Positions 1 through 10,430 of a stretch of 61,023 nucleotides of DNA are shown here, piece by piece (position 1 is the first letter of the stretch; every line of letters starts with the position of its first letter). Under the pieces are notes generated by a model that was not told the DNA's origin, did not search any database, and was given only the letters and a program-made list of their open reading frames with translations. The stretch spans positions 1-61,023 of the forward strand of contig JAAEPH010000056.1 in assembly GCA_024232855.1 (NCBI GenBank), given 5' to 3'. The translations under genes were made by a program, and so were the position numbers. The stretch comes from Gammaproteobacteria bacterium. GTDB lineage: Bacteria; Pseudomonadota; Gammaproteobacteria; GCA-001735895.

Positions 1-141
1 GCGCGCATCTCGCGCAGGGTATTGTTTTCACAAGGAAATTCCCGAAGAAGTCTCGTATCAGTGATTACGAGCGACTGAGGGAATATTTCTTGTGGAATCA
101 ATAGACAAGCGAGATCGTGCATAATTTGTGAATTTTCCGGG
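1..141 (-). mobile_element. Putative IS end (IS1380-like CC-initiated terminus) inserted in the toxin gene; element continues beyond the left edge
   Basis: Minus strand reads CTAT|CCCGGAAAATTCACAAAT exactly where the toxin ORF stops resembling HigB. The CCCG..TCAC pattern loosely matches the MITE ends in this window. No transposase visible; family assignment is inference. Confidence 0.45.
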
Positions 142-373
142 ATAGCATTCGAATATGGTGATCATCGACTACCCAGTAGTATATGACTCGAACACCACCG
201 CTTTTAACAATTCCTCTCAATTTCCAACGAACTTTACGTAATCCTCCTGAACCCTGAATTAAATCTCCTAAATCAGGTCGATTTACCAACGCCTCCTGCA
301 GATCTTTACAATGATCGTCATCCATCAGTTCCTGGATGAGTTTGGTAAATACGCTCGTTTCTACAATAATCAC
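142..373 (-). pseudogene. RelE/ParE-superfamily (HigB-2-like) toxin, 3'-truncated
   Basis: MIIVETSVFTK...GDLIQGSGGLRKVRW...KSGGVRVIYY is typical of HigB-2-like toxins. After HIRML the ORF runs into unrelated sequence and stops at 98; no antitoxin follows. Confidence 0.8.
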
Positions 374-382
374 TAATTTATC

Positions 383-407
383 AATTATACGCCATTGGCG
401 TATAATT
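383..407. promoter_or_regulatory. Palindromic operator of the toxin gene
   Basis: AATTATACGCCA-T-TGGCGTATAATT: 12-bp perfect inverted repeat just upstream of the toxin start, containing TATAAT on both strands. Confidence 0.7.
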
Positions 408-691
408 TCCAGTAGACGGAGATCTAATCACGGTGACCAAGAGGCGGACCAAGAGGGACACCCACTTTCCAATTGATCCATCCCAGGCGCTTCAATCGAA
501 TCACCCCACAGCTCGATACCGGCTAGTTTCTACATCACGATCGTCTGCTAGCAGCCCCAAAACACTGGCTACGGGCAGGTATGATTTGAATTCACGAATA
601 TTACGAAATCCGGCGTTTGCTGACTGGCCCCGCCGGTTTCTGTGCCGACTTTACTGAAGAAGGCTCGGCTATCGAAGTGGCCGATTGATTC

Positions 692-711
692 TACTTTCAG
701 GGTGTGTGTCC
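692..711. repeat. 20-bp direct repeat, copy 1 (GTGTGTGTCC REP-like motif)
   Basis: TACTTTCAGGGTGTGTGTCC; 19/20 identical to 2129-2148; contains the stop codon of the phosphoesterase. Confidence 0.7.
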
Positions 712-1624
712 CAGGGGGATGCTCGATGAATACGGTAAAACCCGGGTTTCTTCCCGGCCGTAACCGGTTACCTGGAACGATGAGTTCTGGATATCGAGGC
801 GACTGAATGCATTCTGTTCGGTCTCTACCATTCCTTTCAAAGTCAGGTAATGAACGCCATTTCGCCCGGCATACCGCCCCTTGTGGTCATGTCCGTTGAC
901 ATACAGTTTCACCACATCGTAACTGTCGATCAGCGCCCTCACCTCCGCGGCATTCCACAGGTTGTACTTACTTACCGGATAGACTGGAAAATGACTGAAA
1001 ACGACAACCCCCTGCCCCTCGCGGGTCGCGCTGGCTAACTGGCGATCCAACCACGCAAGTTGCTTCGCGCCAAGCGCACCATTGAAGCGCTCTTTACCCT
1101 TTGCCTGCTGCTCGTAGTATTCGACTACCTGGAGATATTCCGCACTACCTTCCGATAGGCGTAAAAGCTGAGTTCGTTGCCGTCGAGAAACAGGAAGCAC
1201 CAGTCACCATTGATCACCTCGTAATACCTGGCGGGCATATTCAACGCCTTGAACACATTCGGTTTTTGTGTGTCCTTGACCGCATAGTCATGGTTGCCAA
1301 GCACGTGGTACAAGGGTTCCGTCAAGCCGCTGGAAACCGCGTTCAAGTGCTTGATGTTCTTGTACCCTCGCTGGATGAAATCACCCAGGTTCACGCTGAA
1401 ACCGAGGGACATGGAATTGAAAACCGCGACCGCCTCCTCGAGTTTAGCGAGGGAAAGTTCGTAGTGCCTGCCGTTTTTCGCCTTTTTCCGCGCATACTGG
1501 CAGTCTGCAAACAAGCCTATGCTGATCACCGGCGCTGGCGTGGCCGCAGGGACAGAAACACTGGTGGTAGTCAGTACTAGCGCGAGTACCAACGCGTGAG
1601 CCCACGGCTATTAGAAAGGTTCAT
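697..1624 (-). pseudogene. Calcineurin-like metallophosphoesterase (Mn-dependent ADP-ribose/CDP-alcohol diphosphatase-like), frameshifted
   Basis: Motifs FADCQY, NLGDF and GNHD are in ORF 1125-1592; SHFP and NGHDH are in ORF 697-1200. One missing base near 1154 (TAT CGG AAG vs TAT CCG GAA) joins the two frames. A likely ATG at 1624 is also out of frame with the signal-peptide-like N-terminus. Confidence 0.8.
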
Positions 1625-2128
1625 TTGTCATCGACAGGGTTCGAGGCGAGCGTAAATCGAGTGCCCGTTCCCGGTTCACCCGTTGATCGCCATACAATAA
1701 AGGCTGAAATCTTAGCAAAATCAAGTTGGCCAATGAAATGTCTCTCCGGATCAGCTGACTGCGAGCGACTCGACAAACAACCGGCTCGATGTTTAGCGGC
1801 CGCAAAAACTCCCAGGAAGACAGCACTATCACCCGGTTGCCAAAATGGAAACTTCGTCATTGCCCAGTGAAACAATCTGTTGTCAAGCAACGCATTCTAC
1901 CATATTCTCAGGCACGGATATTCGCAATGCTCGAACCACCCGGGCTCAACACCGGCAAACTGGCGCACGAAGGGGAATATCGCGACGTCGGTTAGCCGAC
2001 ACTGCTGCCCGGCCAGGTAAGAGCGCTTGCTCAAGATCTGATTCAAATTTCGGACAAATACCTCGGCACGGGCTCGATGCTCGGGTTGGCGATACTCCCG
2101 GTGCCGATCGGCATACTTGTACTTGTCG

Positions 2129-2148
2129 TACTTTCAGAGTGTGTGTCC
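2129..2148. repeat. 20-bp direct repeat, copy 2
   Basis: TACTTTCAGAGTGTGTGTCC; matches 692-711. Confidence 0.7.
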
Positions 2149-2196
2149 ACGGGAAACACTATCCCGTCTACGGCTGTCACCAGTCGAGTTACGCGC

Positions 2197-2228
2197 AAAA
2201 AAAAAGGGGAAACGATGTTTCCCCTTTT
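2197..2228 (-). terminator. Intrinsic terminator of pnp
   Basis: Minus strand: GGGGAAAC-ATC-GTTTCCCC followed by T9, just after the pnp stop. Confidence 0.9.
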
Positions 2229-2246
2229 ATTTCACTGGCGATTTGC

Positions 2247-4349
2247 CTAGGCCGTGGCGGCCTCTTCCGCACTGACTGCCTTCATGCTCAACCGGATTCG
2301 ACCCTGTCGGTCGACCTCAAGCACCTTGACCTTGACGACATCGCCCTCGGTGAGCTTGTCGCTGACCTGTTCGACGCGCTCATCAGAGATCTGCGAGATG
2401 TGCACCAGTCCATCCTTGCCCGGCAGGATATTGACGAAGGCGCCGAAATCCATGATCTTGGCGACCTTGCCTTCGTATATCACACCGACTTCGACCTCGG
2501 CGGTTACCTGCTCGACACGACGCCTGGCCTCTTCACCCGCCGCCTTTTCGACAGAAGCGATTTTAATGACTCCGTCATCGTCGACTTCGATGGTCGCACC
2601 AGTCTCCTCGGTGATCGCGCGGATGGTGGCGCCACCCTTGCCGATGACGTCGCGAATCTTTTCAGGGTTGATTTTAAAGGTGATCAGACGTGGCGCGTAT
2701 TCGGACATTTCGGCACGGCCTTCGCTGAGCACCTTGGCCATCTCGCCGAGGATGTGCAAACGACCGTCTTTGGCCTGGTCCAGTGCCTGTTGCATGATCT
2801 CGGTCGTAATACCGTCGATCTTGATGTCCATCTGCAGCGCGGTAATGCCATCTGTAGTTCCGGCCACCTTGAAGTCCATGTCGCCGAGATGATCTTCGTC
2901 ACCGAGGATGTCCGACAACACGGCAAAACCGTTGTCTTCCTTGATCAGGCCCATCGCGATACCCGCGACCGGTGCCTTCAGCGGTACGCCCGCGTCCATC
3001 AACGCCAGGCTCGCGCCACAGACGCTGGCCATGGAGGACGAACCATTGGATTCGGTAATCTCGGAGACCACGCGCAGGACGTAGGGAAAATCATCGAGAT
3101 CCGGCATGACGGCCAGCACACCGCGCTTGGCGAGGCGACCATGGCCAATATCACGACGCTTGGGTGAACCAACACGACCCGTCTCGCCTACGCAGGAAGG
3201 CGGGAAGTTGTAATGCATCATGAAGTGTTCCTTGTAGGTGCCTTCAATTGCGTCAATGATCTGTGCGTCGCGGCCGGTGCCGAGCGTAGTAACGACCAGC
3301 GCCTGGGTCTCACCGCGTGTGAACAGGGCTGAACCGTGGGTACGCGGCAGCACTCCGGTACGGATATGAATCGGGCGAACGGTAGTGGTATCGCGACCGT
3401 CGATACGCTTTTCGCCTGCGATGATGCGTCCACGTACAATCGATTTTTCGAGCTTGGCCGTAGCGCCGCGTACATCGCCTTCGGTGGGTGAGTCTTCGGC
3501 ATCGCTAACCAGTGCAGCGACGACATCGTCGCGAATTGCACCGATGCGATCCTGGCGATCCAGCTTGTTGGCGATAGTATAGGCTTCGCTAATTGAGGAG
3601 GAAGCCTCGGCGGCCACCTTGTCGGCGAGACCGGCATCGGCTTCGGGCGCCTGCCATTCCCAGGCTTGCACACCCGTTTCCGCTGCAAATTCGGTAATCG
3701 CCTGGATTGCATTCTGCATTTGCTCGTGACCGTAAACCACTGACCCCAGCATGACTTCCTCGGGCAGGCAATTGGCTTCCGATTCAACCATCAAAACAGC
3801 ATTGCTGGTGCCGGCAACCACGAGGTTGAGTTGTGACTCGGCGAGCTGGGTCGCCGTTGGGTTGAGGACGTATTCACCGTCCAGGTAACCGACGCGACAG
3901 GCGCCGATCGGTCCGCTGAACGGGATTCCGGATACGGCAATCGCCGCTGAGGTTCCGAGCATTGCCGAGATATCGGCATCGATTTCAGGGTCGCTGGATA
4001 ATACGTTGGCTACAACCTGGACTTCGTTCATGAAACCTTTCGGGAACAGCGGACGAATCGGCCTGTCGATGAGGCGGCAGGTCAGCGTTTCCTTCTCGCT
4101 GGGGCGGCCTTCACGCTTGAAAAAGCCACCGGGGATACGGCCCGCGGCATAGGTCTTTTCCTGGTAATCGACGGTGAGCGGAAAGAAGCCGCGTCCGGGG
4201 TCGGCGGTTTTGGAGCCGACCACGGTAACCATGACGACGGTATCGCCCATAGAGGCGATAACCGCGCCGCCGGCCTGGCGGGCGATTTCGCCGGTTTCCA
4301 GCGTTACTTGGTGCGCGCCGTATTGAAATGTCTTTTTAATTGAATTCAC
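2247..4349 (-). CDS. pnp: Polyribonucleotide nucleotidyltransferase
   Basis: Two RNase PH domains ([20 protein letters not shown]) plus KH and S1 domains; downstream of rpsO. Confidence 0.99.
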   Translation of the reverse strand: MNSIKKTFQYGAHQVTLETGEIARQAGGAVIASMGDTVVMVTVVGSKTADPGRGFFPLTVDYQEKTYAAGRIPGGFFKREGRPSEKETLTCRLIDRPIRPLFPKGFMNEVQVVANVLSSDPEIDADISAMLGTSAAIAVSGIPFSGPIGACRVGYLDGEYVLNPTATQLAESQLNLVVAGTSNAVLMVESEANCLPEEVMLGSVVYGHEQMQNAIQAITEFAAETGVQAWEWQAPEADAGLADKVAAEASSSISEAYTIANKLDRQDRIGAIRDDVVAALVSDAEDSPTEGDVRGATAKLEKSIVRGRIIAGEKRIDGRDTTTVRPIHIRTGVLPRTHGSALFTRGETQALVVTTLGTGRDAQIIDAIEGTYKEHFMMHYNFPPSCVGETGRVGSPKRRDIGHGRLAKRGVLAVMPDLDDFPYVLRVVSEITESNGSSSMASVCGASLALMDAGVPLKAPVAGIAMGLIKEDNGFAVLSDILGDEDHLGDMDFKVAGTTDGITALQMDIKIDGITTEIMQQALDQAKDGRLHILGEMAKVLSEGRAEMSEYAPRLITFKINPEKIRDVIGKGGATIRAITEETGATIEVDDDGVIKIASVEKAAGEEARRRVEQVTAEVEVGVIYEGKVAKIMDFGAFVNILPGKDGLVHISQISDERVEQVSDKLTEGDVVKVKVLEVDRQGRIRLSMKAVSAEEAATA

Positions 4350-4381
4350 TATTCTCTCACTTGTTTGCCGGCGCGATCGGA

Positions 4382-4651
4382 TTAACGACGCAATCCGAGT
4401 TTTGCTATCAAATCTTTATAACGCTGCTGATTCTTGGATTTCAGGTAATCCAGTAAATTGCGACGCTGGTTGACCATCTTCAGCAAACCGCGGCGCGAAT
4501 GATGATCATGAATGTGTTTCTTGAAATGCTCAGTCAGGTGACTGATCTGATGCGACAACAGTGCAACCTGCACCTCGGGTGACCCGGTGTCACCGCTGCC
4601 TTGCTGATGATCAGCGATAATTGCAGCCTTCTGTTCAGCTGACATTGCCAT
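4382..4651 (-). CDS. rpsO: 30S ribosomal protein S15
   Basis: [12 protein letters not shown]...[13 protein letters not shown]; 89 aa. Confidence 0.99.
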   Translation of the reverse strand: MAMSAEQKAAIIADHQQGSGDTGSPEVQVALLSHQISHLTEHFKKHIHDHHSRRGLLKMVNQRRNLLDYLKSKNQQRYKDLIAKLGLRR

Positions 4652-4684
4652 TGAATAAACCTCGTGGGCCCGAAAAAGGCAGGT

Positions 4685-4713
4685 ATTCTACCTATCTGTG
4701 CAGGCGGTAACAA
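4685..4713 (-). promoter_or_regulatory. Sigma70-type promoter of rpsO-pnp
   Basis: TTGTTA-17 nt-TAGAAT on the minus strand. Confidence 0.6.
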
Positions 4714-4765
4714 GAACTTTCACCGGAATAATCGGGGTAATTGCCCCGGAGCACCGATAATGAGC

Positions 4766-5692
4766 CTATCTTGCTGTATTCATTAATCTTTTTGCCTTCA
4801 ATTCACCGTCCGCGGCGACTTCCCCAAGGCCTATGAAGACGCCCTCTTCGGAGCTCAGCCGACACAGTCCGGAGACCTTGCAAACACCCGCGTCTACCCG
4901 TTTTCCACGACGTATATCGAGACTGTCGGATACATTCAGTACGACTTCCGGAAAATCCGCCAGGGCCGCGCCGACGGGTAGCAACAACTGCTCGAGCCGA
5001 TCCCCCCCCGGCTGTTGCCGCAGGCTTTGCAAATGCTCCATCGTCACCGCGTCACAATCATCAAACGCGCCGACGCGGGAACGATGCAAGGCGGCGAGAT
5101 GCGCACCGCAACCGAGCTGTTTACCAATGTCTTCGGCGAGGGTGCGAATGTAGGTGCCCTTGGAGCAGGACACGTCGATCTCCATGTTTTCATCATCGAA
5201 CCACAACAGCTCCAGTCGAAAAATTTCGATGCGCCGCGGCTCGCGTTCCACCTGCTTGCCCTCGCGCGCCAGTTGATAAAGGCGTTTTCCCTGGTGTTTG
5301 AGGGCCGAGTACATCGGCGGGATCTGATCGATCTCACCGACAAAGCGCGGCAGTAACTCCTCGACCTGGCCGGCGTCGACACAAACCGCCGCCGTTTTGA
5401 CCACTCCACCTTCGGCATCGCCGGTAGTCGTCGTCTGTCCAAGCCGACAAACCGCGCGATAGGATTTGTCAGCGCCTAGCAGATAGCTGGAAAACTTGGT
5501 GGCCTCACCCAGGCATATCGGTAACACGCCGGTTGCAAGTGGATCGAGGCTGCCGCAATGGCCCGCCTTACGCGCGTTGAACAGTTTGCGCACCCGTTGC
5601 AGGGCCTGGTTGGAACTGACACCAATCGGTTTATCCAGAATCAGGATGCCATCGACGTCGCGGTAGCCCCTGGGCTTGCCCCTAGCCCGCAT
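4766..5692 (-). CDS. truB: tRNA pseudouridine(55) synthase; current ATG lies inside a MITE end
   Basis: GILILDKP, KAGHCGSLDPLATGVL, CSKGTYIRTLA; conserved synteny. Confidence 0.97.
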   Translation of the reverse strand: MRARGKPRGYRDVDGILILDKPIGVSSNQALQRVRKLFNARKAGHCGSLDPLATGVLPICLGEATKFSSYLLGADKSYRAVCRLGQTTTTGDAEGGVVKTAAVCVDAGQVEELLPRFVGEIDQIPPMYSALKHQGKRLYQLAREGKQVEREPRRIEIFRLELLWFDDENMEIDVSCSKGTYIRTLAEDIGKQLGCGAHLAALHRSRVGAFDDCDAVTMEHLQSLRQQPGGDRLEQLLLPVGAALADFPEVVLNVSDSLDIRRGKRVDAGVCKVSGLCRLSSEEGVFIGLGEVAADGELKAKRLMNTAR

Positions 5693-5789
5693 ATCTCACC
5701 GTTTTACGTCGCGAGGGCGTCACAAAGACACTGTGGCACGCCGCAGGGAGCAGTTGCCGAGCAGGAAATCGGTGAGATATGCGAGCTAG
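5682..5789. mobile_element. MITE family A, copy 1 (100 bp plus CTAG duplication)
   Basis: CTAG-CCCGCATATCTCACCG...CGGTGAGATATGCGAG-CTAG; first 29 bp identical to the copy at 50503. Confidence 0.85.
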
Positions 5790-5795
5790 CTCCCA

Positions 5796-6164
5796 TTACT
5801 GGCCGGCTTTGTCCCTGTCGCTGGCCAGCGCCGAGTCGATCAGGTCCGATAGCTGGCGCCCGCGAATATCGGTGTCATCGTAGATAAAGGTAAGCTTCGG
5901 CGTGACTCGGGCCTTGAGGCTCTTGCCGATTTCGCGCTGCAGAAAGCCGCTGGCCCGGGTCAGGGCCGCCAGGCAATCCGCGGCGTCCTGCGGATCCAGC
6001 ACGCTGAAAAAGACACGCGCGTAGGCGAGGTCCTTGCTCACCTGGACTTCCAGTATGCTCGGAGCCGACAGGCCGGGGTCCTTCAGTTCACTTCGAACAA
6101 GGCTTGCCAGTTCACGCTGAATCTGGGAAGCAATCCGTTCGCTGCGCGAGTATTCTTTCGGCAT
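5796..6164 (-). CDS. rbfA: Ribosome-binding factor A
   Basis: RSERIASQIQREL...VSKDLAYARVF...PKLTFIYD; synteny. Confidence 0.98.
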   Translation of the reverse strand: MPKEYSRSERIASQIQRELASLVRSELKDPGLSAPSILEVQVSKDLAYARVFFSVLDPQDAADCLAALTRASGFLQREIGKSLKARVTPKLTFIYDDTDIRGRQLSDLIDSALASDRDKAGQ

Positions 6165-6188
6165 TTTAGCTGGCTCGGTTTAGCGGGC

Positions 6189-8774
6189 TCACTCGAGAGA
6201 ACGCGCCACTTCGGTGCGTTCGAATACTTCGATTTGATCGCCCGGTTTGACATCATTGTAGTTCTTCACCGCGATACCACACTCGGTGCCCATGCGAACT
6301 TCCTCGACCGGGTCCTTGAAACGCCGCAGGGATTCAAGCTCGCCTTCGTAGATAACCACGTTGTCGCGCAGGACCCGGATCGGTTGCCCCTTGCGGACCA
6401 CGCCTTCGACCACGATCGAACCGGCAACGTCGCCGAACTTGGGCGAACGGAATACATCCTTGACTTCGGCCAGACCGATAATCGTTTCCTGGGATTCCGG
6501 TGACAACATTCCCGACATGATGGACTTGACATCATCGATGATGTCGTAAATCACGCTGTAGTATCGAATCTCAATACCGTGTTCGCCAGCGACCCGTTTT
6601 GCCGCCGCATCCGCGCGCACGTTAAAGCCGATTACGATCGCATCCGAGGCAGCCGCCAGGTTGATATCCGACTCGTTGATACCACCGACCCCGGTGGCGA
6701 CCAGTTTGGCGCGCACTTCATCGGTGGACAGCTTTTGCAGGGATTCACGTATCGCCTCGGAACTACCCTGCACATCGGCCTTGATGAGGACGTTGATTTC
6801 AGCGACCTGCCCTTCTTCCATGGCGTCGAACATGCCCTGCAACTTGGCCTTGTGCTGATCGGCCAGTTTGCTTTCACGTATCCTGGAATCGCGCGTGGCC
6901 GCGAATTCACGGGCCTTGCGTTCGTTTTCAACCACGAAAACCTCGTCCCCGGCATTCGGTACGCCGGACAGGCCCAGCACTACGGCCGGCATTGACGGAC
7001 CTGCGGTCTTGATTGAGTTGGAGGATTCATCATACATCGCACGCACCCGGCCAAACTGGGTTCCCGCAAGCAGCATCTGACCCTGTTTCAAACTACCGGA
7101 TTGAACCAGTACCGTGGCAACCGGGCCGCGGCCCTTGTCGAGCGAAGCCTCGACGACGATGCCCTTGGCATTGCCGCTATCGACCGCGGTGAGTTCGAGA
7201 ATCTCTGCCTGCAGCAGTATTGCATCCAACAGGCTGTCGATGCCTTCCCCGGTAATCGCGGAGACGTGCACGAACATGTTCTCGCCACCCCATTCTTCAG
7301 GGATAACCTCGAGCGCCGCAAGTTCATTTTTGGCGCGGTCGGGGTCGGCATTTTCCTTATCGATTTTATTGACCGCAACCACCAGGGGTACGCCCGCGGC
7401 ACGGGCATGCTGAACCGCTTCCTTGGTCTGCGGCATTACGCCGTCGTCTGCCGCGACCACGAGTACAACGATATCGGTTGCCTGGGCGCCACGAGCGCGC
7501 ATTGCCGAGAAGGCCGCGTGCCCGGGGGTGTCGAGGAAAGTAATAATCCCCTTGTCGGTTTCGACGTGATAGGCGCCGATATGCTGGGTAATCCCGCCGG
7601 CTTCACCAGAGGTGACCCGCGAACTGCGAATAAAATCAAGTAGTGAAGTTTTACCATGGTCGACATGACCCATAATGGTGACTACCGGAGGCCGGCCTAC
7701 CTTCGCTTCACCCTGCTGTTCAGCGCTGGCCTTTAACTCCTTTTCGAAGTCATCTTCGCTGGCGGCGGCAACAACATTGTGGCCCAGTTCTTCGACGACC
7801 AGCGTCGCGGTATCGTGGTCGAGAATTTCGTTGATCGTCGCCATGGTTCCCATCTGCATCAGTACCTTGATGACGTCACCGGCCTTGACCGCTACGCGTT
7901 GGGCGAGTTCAGCAACCGTTATCGCATCGGGAATCTCGACATTGCGCACCACGGGCGCCGTGGGTTTTTCGAAACCGTGCAGATTCCTGATCTCGTGAAC
8001 CTGGCGTTGTCCCTTTTTGAACTTCTGCTTTCGGTTCGGTTGATGGGCCGATTCCTTGACGTGAAGTTCCTTGCGCCCGTAACGGGTATGCCTGTCTTCA
8101 TGCTTACCGTGTTTGCCGGTTTTTTCCGGTGCTGCCACAGCTGCGGCGCTAGCGGTGGCGGCTTCCTCGAGGGCGGCGCGCGCCGCCGCTTCAGCGGCTT
8201 CGGCGGCTTCGATCTCGGCGCGTTCGCGTTCGATCACCTTCTGCGCGGCCTCAACTTCCTGCAGGCTCTTTTCATAAGCCTTTTTCTCTAACTCGGCGCG
8301 TGCCGCTTCGGCAACAGCCTGCTGCTCCGCCGCGGCCGCGGCCTGGGCGGTTTCTTCCGCCAGGCGCGCTTCTTCTTCGGCCTGCTGTTGCTGCAAGCGA
8401 CTCTGCTCTTCGATCTCGGCCTCGGCTTGCTGTTGCATCCTGGTCTCTTCGGCAACGACCTCCGAACGCCGCACATAGGTGCGCTTCTTTCGAACTTCGA
8501 CGTTGATCGTCTTGGTCGTCGCATTGCGCCCCGAGGTGCCGGCAACACGCAGCTCACTCTTGCTCTTGCGGCGCAGCGTGATCTTCTTCGGCCCCTCGGC
8601 TTCCTGCTTGCCATGGCTGCTGCGCAGTGACTCCAGCAATTTCATCTTGTCTTCGTCAGAAATCGGATCATCCGTATCCTTGACCTGAACACCCGCGTTT
8701 TTCAGTTGGTCGAGTAATTTGTCGACACTGACGCCGATGACTTCTGAAAGTTGCTTCGCTGTAACATTTGCCAT
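6189..8774 (-). CDS. infB: Translation initiation factor IF-2
   Basis: [17 protein letters not shown] and NKID GTPase motifs; IF2 N- and C-terminal domains. Confidence 0.99.
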   Translation of the reverse strand: MANVTAKQLSEVIGVSVDKLLDQLKNAGVQVKDTDDPISDEDKMKLLESLRSSHGKQEAEGPKKITLRRKSKSELRVAGTSGRNATTKTINVEVRKKRTYVRRSEVVAEETRMQQQAEAEIEEQSRLQQQQAEEEARLAEETAQAAAAAEQQAVAEAARAELEKKAYEKSLQEVEAAQKVIERERAEIEAAEAAEAAARAALEEAATASAAAVAAPEKTGKHGKHEDRHTRYGRKELHVKESAHQPNRKQKFKKGQRQVHEIRNLHGFEKPTAPVVRNVEIPDAITVAELAQRVAVKAGDVIKVLMQMGTMATINEILDHDTATLVVEELGHNVVAAASEDDFEKELKASAEQQGEAKVGRPPVVTIMGHVDHGKTSLLDFIRSSRVTSGEAGGITQHIGAYHVETDKGIITFLDTPGHAAFSAMRARGAQATDIVVLVVAADDGVMPQTKEAVQHARAAGVPLVVAVNKIDKENADPDRAKNELAALEVIPEEWGGENMFVHVSAITGEGIDSLLDAILLQAEILELTAVDSGNAKGIVVEASLDKGRGPVATVLVQSGSLKQGQMLLAGTQFGRVRAMYDESSNSIKTAGPSMPAVVLGLSGVPNAGDEVFVVENERKAREFAATRDSRIRESKLADQHKAKLQGMFDAMEEGQVAEINVLIKADVQGSSEAIRESLQKLSTDEVRAKLVATGVGGINESDINLAAASDAIVIGFNVRADAAAKRVAGEHGIEIRYYSVIYDIIDDVKSIMSGMLSPESQETIIGLAEVKDVFRSPKFGDVAGSIVVEGVVRKGQPIRVLRDNVVIYEGELESLRRFKDPVEEVRMGTECGIAVKNYNDVKPGDQIEVFERTEVARSLE

Positions 8775-8779
8775 GATTA

Positions 8780-8831
8780 TCTATCCAGTCGTCCTATCTA
8801 ATCGCCTTATTCAATCGCCCTGTTTAATCGC
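8780..8831. repeat. Degenerate 4 x 13-bp tandem repeat in the nusA-infB spacer
   Basis: TCTATCCAGTCGT|CCTATCTAATCGC|CTTATTCAATCGC|CCTGTTTAATCGC. Confidence 0.7.
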
Positions 8832-8853
8832 TAAATATGCTCGAAGTCGCCCG

Positions 8854-10368
8854 TCAACCCTGCTCGGCTTCAGCCTCGGCAAACCACGGCTCACGCGCCT
8901 TCATGATCAATTTGCCGGCAAATTCGTTATCGATGCCTTCGATTTCTTCAAGTTCGTCGGTTGACTGCTCGGCCAGATCCTCCATGGTGCAAATCCCGTG
9001 GCGCGATAGCTTGTGCGCGAGATCACTGGTCATGTATTCCATGTTAAGCAAATCATCCTGCGGCTCGCCCGCCTCGGCGGTCTCTTCGCGTGCAATCGCC
9101 ATGGTTAACAGGGCGTCGCGTGCGCGACCGCGCAGTTCCTGCACGATCTCCTCGTCGAACTCATTGATTTCGATGAGTTCCTCCTCGGGGATATAGGCGA
9201 CCTCGTCGATCGTGGTCAGTCCTTCCTGTACCAGGATGATTGCAACCTCCTCGTCGACATCGAGCTGGACCATGAAATTTTCGACCAGCCGACGCGATTC
9301 GCCTTCCGATTTCTCTTCGGCAGCGGTCTCGTCCATGACGTTCAGGGTCCAGCCGGTCAACTGGCTGGCGAGCTTGATGTTCTGACCGCCACGCCCGATC
9401 GCCTGCGACAACTTCTCTTCCGGAACCGCAATATCCATCGAATTGGCTTCTTCATCGATGACGATCGATGTGACTTCCGCCGGTGACATTGCGTTGACCG
9501 TAAACTGTGCCGCATTTTCGTCCCATAAAATGATATCGACGCGCTCTCCGGCGAGTTCGTTGGATACCGACTGCACGCGCGAGCCGCGCATACCGACACA
9601 GGCGCCGACCGGATCCATACGCGGGTCGTTACTCTTCACCGCGATCTTGGCGCGCATGCCGGGATCGCGCGCCGCGGAAATGATTTCGATCAGGTCCTGG
9701 CCGACTTCCGGCACTTCGAGCTTGAACAACTCGACCAGGAATTCCGGGGCGGTGCGGCTGATGAACAACTGTGGACCGCGCACTTCCGAGGCGATCTTGT
9801 ACAGGTAACCGCGCACACGGTCACCGGGACGCACCGATTCGCGCGGGATCATTTCCTCGCGCGGGATAAAGCCCTCGGCGTTATCACCGAGATCGACGTA
9901 GACGTTGCCGCGCTCGACACGCTTTACCTGCCCCATGACCAGGCTGTCTTCGCGATCGGTATAGGCGTCGATCACCTTGCGCCGCTCGGCTTCGCGCACC
10001 TTCTGCACGATAACCTGCTTGGCGGTCTGCGCCGCAATGCGACCAAACTCGACGGAATCGATCTGCTCTTCGACGAAATCACCCAGTTCAATTTCGGGTT
10101 GATCGAATTGCGCGGCTTCCAGCGTGATCTGACGCAGTGGTTCCTCGAGGCCGCCTTCTTCACCCGGCTCGGCCACTTCCCAGCGGCGATAGGTATCGTA
10201 GTCACCTGTCATACGATCAATATCAACCCGTACTTCGATATCCTGTTGATGCTTTTTGCGCGTCGCGGATGCGAGCGCCGCCTCGATCGCTTCAAATATG
10301 ATTTCACGATCGACACCCTTCTCGTTGGAGACGGTATCCGCTACTAACAGAATTTCTTTGTTATCCAT
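8854..10368 (-). CDS. nusA: Transcription termination/antitermination factor NusA
   Basis: MDNKEILLV...FGRIAAQTAKQVI...DPVGACVGMRGSRV; start placed at ATG 10368. Confidence 0.99.
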   Translation of the reverse strand: MDNKEILLVADTVSNEKGVDREIIFEAIEAALASATRKKHQQDIEVRVDIDRMTGDYDTYRRWEVAEPGEEGGLEEPLRQITLEAAQFDQPEIELGDFVEEQIDSVEFGRIAAQTAKQVIVQKVREAERRKVIDAYTDREDSLVMGQVKRVERGNVYVDLGDNAEGFIPREEMIPRESVRPGDRVRGYLYKIASEVRGPQLFISRTAPEFLVELFKLEVPEVGQDLIEIISAARDPGMRAKIAVKSNDPRMDPVGACVGMRGSRVQSVSNELAGERVDIILWDENAAQFTVNAMSPAEVTSIVIDEEANSMDIAVPEEKLSQAIGRGGQNIKLASQLTGWTLNVMDETAAEEKSEGESRRLVENFMVQLDVDEEVAIILVQEGLTTIDEVAYIPEEELIEINEFDEEIVQELRGRARDALLTMAIAREETAEAGEPQDDLLNMEYMTSDLAHKLSRHGICTMEDLAEQSTDELEEIEGIDNEFAGKLIMKAREPWFAEAEAEQG

Positions 10369-10430
10369 CGTCGTTACTCGCAATGTGTCATCTGTCCGAA
10401 TGCAGATTTTGGCAAACGGATCAATCCAGT

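Noticed and set aside
98-2200. Integron cassette array
   Set aside because: No convincing attC (RYYYAAC...GTTRRRY with inner boxes) and no intI in the window.
1845-3167. 440-aa plus-strand ORF, and other long antisense ORFs such as 15332-16693, 23951-25297 and 37489-38586
   Set aside because: Shadow ORFs opposite well-conserved genes, as expected in GC-rich DNA; no recognisable motifs.
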